NCBI GenBank assembly: GCA_045646345.1
Contig: JAZRKN010000015.1
Coordinates: 128,001 to 192,000 of the forward strand
Direction: 5' to 3'
Length of the DNA stretch: 64,000 bases
Source: Candidatus Scatovivens sp.
Lineage (GTDB): Bacteria; Bacillota; Clostridia; TANB77; CAG-508
This document shows positions 28,801 through 38,162 of the stretch, in pieces; position 1 is the stretch's first letter, and the number at the start of each line of letters is the position of its first letter. The notes under the pieces are model-generated. The model had not been told where the DNA came from. It saw nothing but the letters and a program-made list of their open reading frames with translations, and searched no databases. The translations under genes and the position numbers were made by a program.

Positions 28801-29732
28801 CAAAAGCAATTACAGAGTTAGAACAAACACCAGATATTAAAGAAGTAGAAAAAACAAAAAAAGTTGTACCTCTTGCCCCACTTCCAGCTGAGTTAACAAA
28901 TTATTCTGGCTCTGAAGATAAAGCAATAAACATTCTTATTAATAAAGATGATATCTTCTCAATTTCAATATTAAATGAAACTTATGAAATTGTTGCTGAT
29001 TTTGATGGTATATCTGTTCTTTCAGAAAACCTTCATATATCAACACCAAAAAATAACTTCTTCGTAAGAGTTGGAAATAAATATATTGAAATACACAACA
29101 AAAAAGATAACTTTATTTTAAATACTAACTTTGAAGATATCGAATTTGCAAATGCTATAAACAATATTGCTTTTGCTAAGAAAAATAATAAAATAGAATT
29201 AAATATTAAAGAAGCATTTAAGTTATCTTCTGTAAATAATAAGATAGAACTTTCAATGTTAAATAAAGCAATTGCAGATTTATCTACACCGACACAACAA
29301 GCTGAAACAAAAGATGAATCTTCAATCTGTGATAACAAAACTCTTCTAATCTCAGAGGAAACACAAAAAGTATATCTTCCATATACAATAGAAGATGTTA
29401 TGAAAAAATTAAAATCAGGTGACGAATATCAAACAGTTCAAGAAGTTGTTGATAACGAATATACATTACCACTTTCTACATTCAAAATGCCTATAATTTC
29501 TAGATTCAAAGAAGCTTATAGATTCATGAGAACAAAAGAAAATAGTTCTGTATATGCAGCTGTTGATTTAGCTTTAGAATTAATGTTTAATTCTAATTTA
29601 AACCCAGCAGTAATCAGAGCAGCTAAAGATATGAAAGAATTAAATATTTATTTAGATTGCTTATACGAAAATGAAGTTGAAAAATTTGATTGCTTCAAAA
29701 TAGTATATAAAGTATTACCAAAAATAAAATAA
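25836..29732 (+). CDS. Large acidic, largely disordered protein with N-terminal AT-hook-like motif and folded C-terminal domain
   Basis: GGAGG RBS before ATG 25836; SRGRPRK then K/S-rich segment; ~1,000 aa E/D/I-rich region; ordinary-composition C-terminus. Confidence 0.7.
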   Translation: MAIKSEEEIIKKPTASRGRPRKDAQASKTKKSSKSKTKKKSTKKASSSKKSTSKKVKSTTLKNVENVELINDVQIENTIPLITVSEETVLEEIVETSPVENNLIEDTLNLVIEEESTEEIETIIAEDEIINLDAQEIGEESLIEEVPETQEQVVEEDISSAVCEEVTEKPKKKRTIKNLSIKRSIPVVEEVIESEPEIEEEIIEESIVEEPVIEKIIELPVREKRTLRLNLGSKKQQVEEPVYKKDESINQNSAFFNEPSIFAKFNIDIISTDADDNTEIQDEIIEESSTSEEEALNDIEIIDETIVLPNDQIDELICETIVNQIIEEPTSISEEENTLEDLNDELLEQTILEEISKNISEETIEEELENSEILKSVRSILGGKLGSLEELTQDEEILPQDEQQDLIDEQDNVILFKNLVEDEEIIDNDDNEFLQIDQEEPEVLKEVADTIISDEPVSDNSPIGKFFDSSIPSMTSTVNNTFSKIKKSIFSNISPIFKKFTFEEATLMKHQDEFENNYNESENNLSDIQQALENFTPNVQATTNIVEMDILAESPATMPVIDTTTLVTTNNDEMVYEGPELSILTPASESSFDEDKELDEFIENAEQGILDDIEELENFEEPIDEIDETDEVENIIPEEIIEEEYDDEEFSIESYFGLDNVTLDEKDLKRINAIEDKIEDEVVEIEEYTSNPDEFVDKFLETNPIIEGIQEETIEEEALEETIQEETLSVELEPEQFVDKLLEDNISQEEVITEENSSKEVISEEVPEIIEEPVIENKESELEKALKEKNEELSSLSKLLETFTQTISTLTNRITDLENRQAAEPVVEEPENPTSDIIEDLIEESQSEIEEELSVDDIDINDLDLDDLDIEDLEFSEEEFEEPSLLSQENDVETEIETSVEEDEKSVESILSEVLLSKDLDSELKEELLSEVLSYEENLSPEDLDESLLEAALFDELSDEELLELDSQEEKLPEEEPLSDFSKIIESLTKAITELEQTPDIKEVEKTKKVVPLAPLPAELTNYSGSEDKAINILINKDDIFSISILNETYEIVADFDGISVLSENLHISTPKNNFFVRVGNKYIEIHNKKDNFILNTNFEDIEFANAINNIAFAKKNNKIELNIKEAFKLSSVNNKIELSMLNKAIADLSTPTQQAETKDESSICDNKTLLISEETQKVYLPYTIEDVMKKLKSGDEYQTVQEVVDNEYTLPLSTFKMPIISRFKEAYRFMRTKENSSVYAAVDLALELMFNSNLNPAVIRAAKDMKELNIYLDCLYENEVEKFDCFKIVYKVLPKIK

Positions 29733-29735
29733 TAT

Positions 29736-29837
29736 AAAAAAGAGCTTTTAAAAAAAGCTCTTTTTTCTTTTAATTTTACTTACATTTTAACTTTATCGGT
29801 ATAACAAAAAAAGATGCAGATTTTATCTGCATCTTTT
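29736..29837. terminator. Two terminators between convergent genes
   Basis: AAAAAAGAGCTTTT..AAAAGCTCTTTTTT and AAAAGATGCAGAT-ttt-ATCTGCATCTTTT. Confidence 0.7.
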
Positions 29838-29841
29838 CTTA

Positions 29842-32514
29842 TTAATTTTCTGCATTTTTATTTTCTTGTTTTGGTTTCTCTGTTAATTGAGTTCCTTCTT
29901 CTGGTCTTTCAATTTTTGGTCTAATATTTAATCCAGAAATTCTTTTATCATAAAATACTTCTACTTTATCAGCTTCTTTCACTTCTCCTGAAATCAACTT
30001 TCTTGCAAGTAAAGTTTCAACTTGAGATTGTACAATTCTTTTTAATGGTCTAGCTCCAAATTCCATATCATATCCTTCTTCAACTAACCATTTTATAGAA
30101 GTCTTTGTAAAAGAAAGTTCTACTCCTCTTTCTTTTATTCTATTTATTACTCCTTTTAAAATTAATTCTACAATTCCATAAACTACATTTTTCTCTAACG
30201 CTTTAAAACATATTATTTCATCTAATCTATTCAAAAATTCTGGTCTGAAATGTTGTTTTAATACCTTATCTATGTTGTCTTTGGCTTCTTCTGTTATTTC
30301 TCCATTTTGAGCTATACTATCTAAAATAAAATGAGAACCTAAATTTGAAGTTAATATTATAACTGTATTTTTAAAGTCTATTAATCTTCCTTGAGAATCT
30401 GTTACTCTACCATCATCTAATATTTGCAAGAAAATATTGAATACATCTGGATGAGCTTTTTCAACCTCATCAAATAATACAACTGAATATGGTTTTCTTC
30501 TAACTGCTTCTGTTAATTGACCACCTTCTTCATATCCAACATATCCTGGAGGTGCACCAATCAATCTTGTTACACTGAATTTTTCCATATATTCAGACAT
30601 ATCAATTCTTATCATATTTTTTTCATCATCAAAAAGTGTTGCTGCTAATGTTTTACCAAGTTCTGTTTTACCAACACCAGTAGGTCCTAAGAATAAAAAT
30701 GATCCTATTGGTCTGTTTGGATTAGCAATTCCAGCTCTAGCTCTTATTATAGCTTCGCTTACTTTTTTAACAGCTTCATCTTGTCCAACAACTCTTTGGT
30801 GTAATATTTCTTCTAAGTGAAGTAATTTTTCTCTTTCACCTTCTGCAAGTTTTGAAACTGGTATTCCTGTCCATTTTGAAACTACAGTTGAAATCTCATC
30901 TTCTGTTACTTTATTTCTAAGAAGACTTTTTCCACCTTGAGTTTTCTCTATTTCTTTTTCTTCTTGCTCCAATAATTTTTTCAAATTTGGAAGTGTAGAA
31001 TATTTTAATTCAGCAGCTTTATTTAAGTCATAGTTTCTTTCTGCTTTTTCTATTTGAGCATTTACTTCATCAATTTTCTCTTTTAATTTTTGAATTTTTT
31101 CAATATTCTTTTTCTCTTCTTCCCATCTTAATTTCATATCTTGAAATTCTTGTCTTAATTTAGATAATTCATTTCTGATGTTTTGAAGTCTTTTTTGAAT
31201 TTTAGGATTTTCTTCTCCTTCTCTTTCTAGTGATCTTTCTTCAATTTCATATTGCATAATCTTTCTAGAAATAACATCAAGTTCAGTCGGCATAGATTCA
31301 ACTTCACTTCTAATCATAGCACAAGCTTCATCAATTAAATCTATTGCCTTATCTGGTAAAAATCTATCTGTTATATATCTATTTGCCAATGTAGCAGCGG
31401 CTATTAATGCTTGATCTTGAATTTTAACTCCATGGAATATCTCAAACTTTTCTTGTATACCTCTTAATATAGTTATACAGTCATCAACTGTTGGTTCTGG
31501 AACAAGAACTTGTTGAAAACGTCTTGTTAAAGCTGGATCTTGTTCTATATATTCTCTATATTCATCTAATGTTGTAGCACCAACGCAGTGAAGTTCTCCT
31601 CTTGCTAAACGAGGTTTTAGAAGGTTACTTGCATCCATAGAACCACCAGATTTTCCAGCACCAACTAAATTATGAATCTCATCAATAAATAAAATTATAT
31701 TTCCATCACTTTTATCTATTTCTTTTAAAATTGTTGTTAATCTTTCTTCAAACTCACCTTGGTATTTAGCACCTGCGATTAAAAGACCTAAATCTAATTC
31801 AAAAATTGTTTTTCCCTTTAAACTTGTTGGAACATCTCCTCTAACAATTCTTTGTGCTAAACCTTCAACAATTGCAGTTTTACCAACACCAGGCTCTCCT
31901 ATTAAAACAGGATTATTTTTGGTTTTACGTGATAAAATTCTAATAACATTTCTGATCTCATCATCTCTACCAATAACAGGATTTAGTTTGTTTTGTTTTG
32001 CTAAATCAGTAACATTCTTTCCAAATTTTGTAAGCACGTCATACGTGTCTTCTGGAGTATCCGAATTAACATTTACATTTCCTCTTATATCTTTTAAAGC
32101 TACTAAGAATTTGTGTTTATCTATCTTATATACTTTTAAAATTCTCCTTAAAGATTCTGTTGCACATTCTATTAATCCAAGCATCAAATGCTCTACAGAA
32201 ATAAATTCATCTCTCATTGCTTTAGCTTGTTTTTCAGCTTCATCTAATGCTTTTTCAACTTCTAATGCAAAACGAAGAGATACATTTCCATTTACTTTAG
32301 GCATTTTATCTATTTCTTCTTGAAGTAATGTTAATAATGAATCAACATTGATTCCCATTTTTTTCAGTAGCATAGTTATTACGCCACTTTTATCATCAAG
32401 AAAAGCAGCAACCATATGACAATCTTTTATCTCTGGGTTATTGTTTTTAGTAGCTATATTACTTGCAACTGTTATTGCCTCTTTGGATTTATCTGTAAAA
32501 TTTGCAACATCCAT
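29842..32514 (-). CDS. clpB: ATP-dependent chaperone ClpB
   Basis: Two AAA modules (GEPGVGKT, GPTGVGKT), coiled-coil M domain, RLIGAPPGYVGYEEGG, FGARPLKR. Confidence 0.95.
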   Translation of the reverse strand: MDVANFTDKSKEAITVASNIATKNNNPEIKDCHMVAAFLDDKSGVITMLLKKMGINVDSLLTLLQEEIDKMPKVNGNVSLRFALEVEKALDEAEKQAKAMRDEFISVEHLMLGLIECATESLRRILKVYKIDKHKFLVALKDIRGNVNVNSDTPEDTYDVLTKFGKNVTDLAKQNKLNPVIGRDDEIRNVIRILSRKTKNNPVLIGEPGVGKTAIVEGLAQRIVRGDVPTSLKGKTIFELDLGLLIAGAKYQGEFEERLTTILKEIDKSDGNIILFIDEIHNLVGAGKSGGSMDASNLLKPRLARGELHCVGATTLDEYREYIEQDPALTRRFQQVLVPEPTVDDCITILRGIQEKFEIFHGVKIQDQALIAAATLANRYITDRFLPDKAIDLIDEACAMIRSEVESMPTELDVISRKIMQYEIEERSLEREGEENPKIQKRLQNIRNELSKLRQEFQDMKLRWEEEKKNIEKIQKLKEKIDEVNAQIEKAERNYDLNKAAELKYSTLPNLKKLLEQEEKEIEKTQGGKSLLRNKVTEDEISTVVSKWTGIPVSKLAEGEREKLLHLEEILHQRVVGQDEAVKKVSEAIIRARAGIANPNRPIGSFLFLGPTGVGKTELGKTLAATLFDDEKNMIRIDMSEYMEKFSVTRLIGAPPGYVGYEEGGQLTEAVRRKPYSVVLFDEVEKAHPDVFNIFLQILDDGRVTDSQGRLIDFKNTVIILTSNLGSHFILDSIAQNGEITEEAKDNIDKVLKQHFRPEFLNRLDEIICFKALEKNVVYGIVELILKGVINRIKERGVELSFTKTSIKWLVEEGYDMEFGARPLKRIVQSQVETLLARKLISGEVKEADKVEVFYDKRISGLNIRPKIERPEEGTQLTEKPKQENKNAEN

Positions 32515-32536
32515 ATTTTTTACCTTCCTTTGTATA

Positions 32537-33919
32537 TTATTTTTGAGTCATTAAAATAGCAATTAAGCAATTTGCATATTGTAAAACTGCACTTGCTTTT
32601 ATAACAAACTCAACTCTTTTTTGTATCTTTTTATCATTTTTATCATTCTTTTTAATTAGTTCTTGCCATACTAAATAAGTTACAACAATCATTGCAAACT
32701 CTAAAAATAACATCGTTCTTTCTCCTGATAAAAATACAGTTGGTGAAAAAACAACAATAAATCTTGAAGCTAAACCAATTAAAAATACTAAAAGTGCTGT
32801 ATTATTTTTTAAGTTTTTAAATATCAATAATAAAGTTAATATTACACAAACCAAATTAACTGCTGAAAATATAAATGGAACTGTATTTAATAAGTTATTT
32901 GAATTTCCAGCTGTAAGCATTACCTCTTCATTCATTAAAAAATGTCTAAGTGATACAAAGTATGGAAAAATTGAATCTACTAAATATTTTCCATAAGTTG
33001 TAATAGTAAATATTGAAAATACTGGAACTAAAGCAACTGTTCTATATAAGCCTTCTTTGTAATTTGAAAATACATATACAGCCATTACTATACACATTAT
33101 AGTGAAAACTAAATTTCCATTTTTCACAATTAATCCCATTGTTGATGTAAATCCAAGTCCTATTTTATCTAGTATAGTTAACATCTCATAATCTTTAAAA
33201 ACAGCTTCAGCTTCTTGCATTGTTCTAATATTATTTCCTGGACATGTTAATATAAATATTAAACTAGCAATTACCAATATTGTTTGTATCACCATGAATG
33301 GATGTATTTTTTTATTTTTGATTATCATTAATATTGTAAACAATAAATATGTTCCAAATAAAATTGCACAAGTTTGTTCTGCATTTGCAGAAAAGATTAA
33401 TGCAATTATATATAAAGGATATTGCCAAAATTTAATTTTTTCTCCATCCCATATTTTTCTAATTGGAATAAGTGCAAATAAACAAGTAGCTAATGGCCAC
33501 ATATAATTTACTGTTGTTGCAGCCCATCCAGCTCCATTCATTGTTGTTATTGGATAAATCAAAATTAAAAATACAAGCATTAATGTATTTTCTTTCTTAT
33601 TATCTTTAATAAATAATTTTGATAATGAATACCCTGCAAGAGTTACCATTAAAGCTTCTATTAATATCCATAAATATTTTGAAATTCTTAATACTAAACA
33701 AAGTACGTATTCAATCAAAAATCTTGATGTCCAAGTAAAATATCTTGGTCCTACGTAAGATATAATTGACTTACCGTGAATATTCTCTAAAAATACAGCA
33801 TCATCATATTTATTTGGTGTTATAAAAATCATTAATAATAATTCTAATACAAATAATGCTAATAATGCTCCTCTTCCATTATCAAGAAATTTTTTCAATT
33901 TTTCTTTCATAATTTCCAT
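32537..33919 (-). CDS. Polytopic membrane protein, DUF6056/GT-C glycosyltransferase-like
   Basis: ~11 TMs; first-loop DD, RY..WTSR, GW.ATTVNY.W, CPGN..R. Confidence 0.6.
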   Translation of the reverse strand: MEIMKEKLKKFLDNGRGALLALFVLELLLMIFITPNKYDDAVFLENIHGKSIISYVGPRYFTWTSRFLIEYVLCLVLRISKYLWILIEALMVTLAGYSLSKLFIKDNKKENTLMLVFLILIYPITTMNGAGWAATTVNYMWPLATCLFALIPIRKIWDGEKIKFWQYPLYIIALIFSANAEQTCAILFGTYLLFTILMIIKNKKIHPFMVIQTILVIASLIFILTCPGNNIRTMQEAEAVFKDYEMLTILDKIGLGFTSTMGLIVKNGNLVFTIMCIVMAVYVFSNYKEGLYRTVALVPVFSIFTITTYGKYLVDSIFPYFVSLRHFLMNEEVMLTAGNSNNLLNTVPFIFSAVNLVCVILTLLLIFKNLKNNTALLVFLIGLASRFIVVFSPTVFLSGERTMLFLEFAMIVVTYLVWQELIKKNDKNDKKIQKRVEFVIKASAVLQYANCLIAILMTQK

Positions 33920-33929
33920 CCTCTATTTC

Positions 33930-34406
33930 TTATATATCTACACTTATTAATGTGTTAGCTAATATATCTTCTTCTCCATTTCTATAAAGTACACATATAT
34001 CATACGTTCCTTTTGGAATACCAAATAATAAACATTGTGCATGAAGCCCAGCCATTTTCACATCTTCATCTGTTAAATTAATATTTTTTTCCATCTTTGT
34101 TCTCATCAAATACATTTTTCCTGATTCTTGATGTTTTAAAACATAATTTGAATTAACAGAAGTTATTGGTTCTCCTTCTTTATACGCCCAACCAGATAAC
34201 TCTATTTTTTTACCTTTTGCTTCTAACATATCTATATGCATATTTATTCCTTCATCATTTACAGATGTATTTGGTCCTAATGTATATGATTTAAATATTA
34301 AAAGCGAACTCATTGTAAGACCTAAATACACTATTATTAAAGCAATAGATATTATTAATATTTTTATATATAGTTTTTCGGTAATTTCTATATTTAAAAA
34401 CTCCAT
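33930..34406 (-). CDS. Membrane-anchored hypothetical protein (Ig-like beta domain)
   Basis: N-terminal TM; I.LSGWAY..G and PKGTYDI motifs. Confidence 0.55.
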   Translation of the reverse strand: MEFLNIEITEKLYIKILIISIALIIVYLGLTMSSLLIFKSYTLGPNTSVNDEGINMHIDMLEAKGKKIELSGWAYKEGEPITSVNSNYVLKHQESGKMYLMRTKMEKNINLTDEDVKMAGLHAQCLLFGIPKGTYDICVLYRNGEEDILANTLISVDI

Positions 34407-34510
34407 TTTTTATTCCTCACATCCTATTTTTTCCCTATTTTATAACACAATAATTCTATCATATCTACATTTTTATTTCAATATAGAAACTCATTCTAAA
34501 ATCAATTATT

Positions 34511-35299
34511 TTATCTTTCAAATTCAGTAATATTTTCAAATTCATACCCCATATTTCTAGCCTCTTTTATAACATCACTTAAAATCTTACAATTATCTTT
34601 TGAGGTAGAATGAAGTAATAAAACACATCCACTATGTAAATTCTCTAAAATCTTCTTTTTTCCGTATTCTTCTCTTCCTTGTTTTTCTTTATCCCAATCG
34701 TCATAGGCAGAAGACCACATTACAGTTGTATAGCCTAAATCTTTAACTATTTTTGTTGTTCTTTGACTAAATTCACCTTTTGGCGGTCTAAAATAAGTCA
34801 TTTCATATCCAAATTTTTCAAAAACAGCACTATGTAAATCCATAACTTCTTTTTTTACATCTTCATCACTAATATTCGGTAAACATTCATGATTTACTGT
34901 ATGATTTCCAACAACATGCCCATCTTCTATCATTCTTTTTACTAAATCCGTTGCTGAATTTAAATAATGACCTGTTATAAAAAAAGAAGCTTTGACATTA
35001 TTTTCTTCTAATGTATCTAAAATACTCTCTGTAAAACCAGCTTCATAACCACAATCAAATGTTAAATATATTTTATTACTTTTATCATTTCCCATTGCAA
35101 TTCCATCAAACTCTTTTATTATTTTTTCAGCTTTTGTATCTAATGTTGCTTGATTATGATTTTCTCCTCTTCTAAATCCCCAAGCTATCAACTCGTTGTT
35201 TAAAGTTGAGGCCTGTGAATATAAAGAAAATTGTAATAAACAGCTCATTAGTATTCCAAGTGCCGCACAATTTCTAATAATTCTATCTTTAATAACCAT
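34511..35299 (-). CDS. pdaA: Polysaccharide deacetylase, PdaA-like (spore cortex muramic delta-lactam)
   Basis: IYLTFDCGYE, GHVVGNHTVNH, FRPPKGEFS, WS.AY.DW, LLLHS; AAGGAG RBS before ATG 35299. Confidence 0.75.
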   Translation of the reverse strand: MVIKDRIIRNCAALGILMSCLLQFSLYSQASTLNNELIAWGFRRGENHNQATLDTKAEKIIKEFDGIAMGNDKSNKIYLTFDCGYEAGFTESILDTLEENNVKASFFITGHYLNSATDLVKRMIEDGHVVGNHTVNHECLPNISDEDVKKEVMDLHSAVFEKFGYEMTYFRPPKGEFSQRTTKIVKDLGYTTVMWSSAYDDWDKEKQGREEYGKKKILENLHSGCVLLLHSTSKDNCKILSDVIKEARNMGYEFENITEFER

Positions 35300-35409
35300 A
35301 AAGTTCTCCTTTACATTTAATTTATTAAAGTATATTTTCATTTGTTATTTTTATGTGTATATATTAAAAATCTAACTATTTGAAAAAATAAAAAGAATAG
35401 TCATCAAAA

Positions 35410-36132
35410 CTATTCTTCTATTTCTGGTCCATTTTCTATATTGGGTTGATTATTATTTTGTATAAAATTTTGTGTTGCATTTAACTCTGAAAGAACTTCT
35501 TGCATATCTACTTTTAACATATTTTCTTTACTAGATTTTATAACATGAGCAACCATATTTTCTTTGCCTAATAATGTTTTTTTAGATTTTTCAATTTTAG
35601 GATCATCAAAATTTCTTTCTGGAACTTCTTCTAGACTTTGAGGCAACTTTACATTATCTAGTTGTGCTTCTCTTACACTGTCTGCCATTAATTTAAAAAT
35701 TTGTTCACAATTTTCCATCTTTGCATATACACTTAAAGTTGTTATTGTCCTTGTAGGACTTAAATTCTCTTCTGTAAAAGAATTTGGGAAATTTTTTATA
35801 AGATGTTCTCTATCTTTTTTATACTCTTCTTCTGTATCAAAAAAATCATGTAAAAAATCAATTTTACAATTCAAATCACTTTTTATTAATTGTTGTGCAA
35901 GGTACATTGCCATTTTTCTTGAATTATCATCATATAATTCATACGATATATATGGATGTCCAGTATCTCCACCACAACAAGCATATGATAAAAAACCATT
36001 TTCATATCCTACATTTAATAATTCTTCTAACGCTTCCGATCCTTCAGCCCATTCATGAAACGCTATTTTTCTTTCATCTGCTGAAATAGTATTAATATCT
36101 ATCGGAACACCTGTGTTATATTTTCCTTCCAT
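35410..36132 (-). CDS. Hypothetical protein
   Basis: 240 aa; F.EGS..LE.LL and ACCGG..GHPYI motifs; AGGAG RBS. Confidence 0.6.
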   Translation of the reverse strand: MEGKYNTGVPIDINTISADERKIAFHEWAEGSEALEELLNVGYENGFLSYACCGGDTGHPYISYELYDDNSRKMAMYLAQQLIKSDLNCKIDFLHDFFDTEEEYKKDREHLIKNFPNSFTEENLSPTRTITTLSVYAKMENCEQIFKLMADSVREAQLDNVKLPQSLEEVPERNFDDPKIEKSKKTLLGKENMVAHVIKSSKENMLKVDMQEVLSELNATQNFIQNNNQPNIENGPEIEE

Positions 36133-36297
36133 AGCTTGTCTACATCTCCTCTAATACAAAAACATCATTTATTTTATATTAATTCTACATTATATTATTA
36201 AAAAAATCTATATTTTATAAATATTTATTATTTAATCAAAAGAGAGGAACTCCTATTTTGAAGTTCCTCTCCTTTCCTTATTTACACGGATATTTCT

Positions 36298-36609
36298 TTA
36301 GCTTTCTTGATTAACTACTTTCTTGTAGCCATGTCTTCCATTTTTTGCCTCTCCTCTGTTGTATCTTTCCCAATAAGCAATTTGACCTGCTCTTGTATTG
36401 GGATGTAAAACACCAATTTCTGGTCTTTCGAGTGGTTCAAGTCCCATTGGAACTCTCACTACTTGGTTAATCACTTCAATTGCTCCATGTCCAATATTTC
36501 TTACCTTTAAAAGCTCTTTGTAGGACATTTTTTCTACCTGTTCATCGGTTCTAATTCCATGTCTGAACAATGGTGTTTTGATGTGTGTAGGAAGTTTTTC
36601 AATAAACAT
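36298..36609 (-). CDS. Stand-alone RNA polymerase alpha-CTD-like (HhH) protein
   Basis: L.R.GI.T.EQ...MS..ELLKVRNIG...IE.I matches the alpha-CTD pattern; GGAGG RBS. Confidence 0.65.
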   Translation of the reverse strand: MFIEKLPTHIKTPLFRHGIRTDEQVEKMSYKELLKVRNIGHGAIEVINQVVRVPMGLEPLERPEIGVLHPNTRAGQIAYWERYNRGEAKNGRHGYKKVVNQES

Positions 36610-36677
36610 AGGGTCTACCTCCGTGGTATGTGCAGTATGGCTTAGCGCTCATACGAAACTTAAATTGTATCATATCA

Positions 36678-36706
36678 ATTATAGCATCATTTCTTATTTA
36701 TGTCAA
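36678..36706 (-). promoter_or_regulatory. Sigma-A promoter of alpha-CTD-like gene
   Basis: TTGACA-17 bp-TATAAT with extended TG. Confidence 0.75.
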
Positions 36707-36833
36707 CTTGATGAATTTGTTTACTTCTTTTTAGCAAAAAAAAAGAAGATTTCATTCGAAATCTTTCTATGTTAACCTACTCTATCTGGAGTATGTAATT
36801 TAATTACTATAAATAATAATATTATTTATTTTT

Positions 36834-37862
36834 TTATCGATCGTTTCTTTCATCCTTATCTTTAGCATTAACTGTTTTTTGTGCTTTCTCAATGGCTTTT
36901 AGTGTTTCTTCATATGTTGGTACACCGTTTTGAGCACCTCTATATTGAACTTTTATACTTGAAGCCATTAATCCAAATTCTACTGCTTTATCTATATTTT
37001 CTCCTCTAGCTAAAGAGGCGATAAATGCTCCGTTAAAAGTATCTCCTGCTCCTGTTGAATCTCTACAAATAGTTGGATAAGTTGCTCTTCTTATTACTTT
37101 CCCATTATTATAAATAACTCCGTCTCCTCCGATTGTAGCAACTACATTAGGAAATCTTTCTACTAATTTTTCAATCATTTTCAATCTAACATCTTTTGGT
37201 GTTTGTTTAAATTCTTCATTAATTTCTTTCATAGAAGTTTTACCTTCTAAAAATTTAATTAACGCGAAAGCTTCTTCTTCGTTTGGAGTAAAATATGTTG
37301 CTTTTCTTAATAATTCCCCATCATTTTCTGCTAAGATAGTTGCTTTTTCTGGTGGAGTTGGATCAATTATTAATGGTTTGTTATGTTTTTGACAATAATC
37401 AATAACAAATCTACAAGTTTCAGGTGGCATCTTCATTTGAATCGCCACAATGTCAGCATTTGTTAAAATATCTAAGTCAATAACATCTGGTTTTAATTGT
37501 TTTACACAATCTCCATATCCCATCATCTTGTTGTCACCATTCTTATTAACATATATAATTCTTCCGTCAGTAGCTGTATTCTCTAATAAATTTATTCCAG
37601 AAAAATTTACTTTAACGTTTCTAAATTCTTCTAAAATACTTAAACCAGATTCATCTTTACCAACACATCCAATAAAATATACTTTATCGGCTTTTGATTG
37701 TAATTTTGCAGCTCTAGCTTGGTTTGCTCCTTTTCCTCCCAAAACTCTTGCTGTTCTTTCGATCTCATTTAAACTTTCTTGTGTACACTCGTCTGGGAAG
37801 TCTCCTTTTAAATAATGGGTTGTGTCCATATTTGCACTTCCTATTACAACGATTTTTGCCAT
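36834..37862 (-). CDS. PfkB-family carbohydrate kinase, ribokinase-like
   Basis: VIGSANMD, GGKGANQA, TPNEEEA, DSTGAGDTFNG; GAAAGGAG RBS. Confidence 0.85.
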   Translation of the reverse strand: MAKIVVIGSANMDTTHYLKGDFPDECTQESLNEIERTARVLGGKGANQARAAKLQSKADKVYFIGCVGKDESGLSILEEFRNVKVNFSGINLLENTATDGRIIYVNKNGDNKMMGYGDCVKQLKPDVIDLDILTNADIVAIQMKMPPETCRFVIDYCQKHNKPLIIDPTPPEKATILAENDGELLRKATYFTPNEEEAFALIKFLEGKTSMKEINEEFKQTPKDVRLKMIEKLVERFPNVVATIGGDGVIYNNGKVIRRATYPTICRDSTGAGDTFNGAFIASLARGENIDKAVEFGLMASSIKVQYRGAQNGVPTYEETLKAIEKAQKTVNAKDKDERNDR

Positions 37863-37889
37863 ATACAATCTCCTTTCTTGCTAATGCAA

Positions 37890-37923
37890 CAAAAAACATA
37901 TTTAGTACCAGTACTAAATATGT
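37890..37923 (-). terminator. Second terminator-like hairpin in kinase leader
   Basis: ACATATTTAGTAC-tg-GTACTAAATATGT followed by a T-run on the minus strand. Confidence 0.6.
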
Positions 37924-37945
37924 CTATCTAGAGTTATTGTATTCT

Positions 37946-38070
37946 AAAACAAAAATCGAGACTACTTAGTACTTCTTGCACTAGTAAGTCTCATATTTTA
38001 AAATAGCACCAGGTCCTGCTTCCGATTGTTGATGCTATTCCATACTTGGTATGGTTATTACTCCCTTACA
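37946..38070 (-). ncRNA. yybP-ykoY (Mn2+) riboswitch-like aptamer with overlapping terminator
   Basis: GUAAGGGAGUA...hairpin CCAUAC/GUAUGG...AAUAGCAUCAACAAUC...UGGUGCUAUU...GAGACUUAC; the 3' GAGACU can alternatively pair with AGUCUC before a U-tract. Confidence 0.7.
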
Positions 38071-38075
38071 AGCTT

Positions 38076-38104
38076 ATTATAGCACCTTTTAAAAATTATG
38101 TCAA
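38076..38104 (-). promoter_or_regulatory. Sigma-A promoter upstream of riboswitch
   Basis: TTGACA-17 bp-TATAAT with extended TG, ending ~6 nt before the aptamer. Confidence 0.8.
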
Positions 38105-38162
38105 CTACTTACTTATATTTTTACACAAAAAAGCACTTCATTATATTGAAGTGCCCTATATT

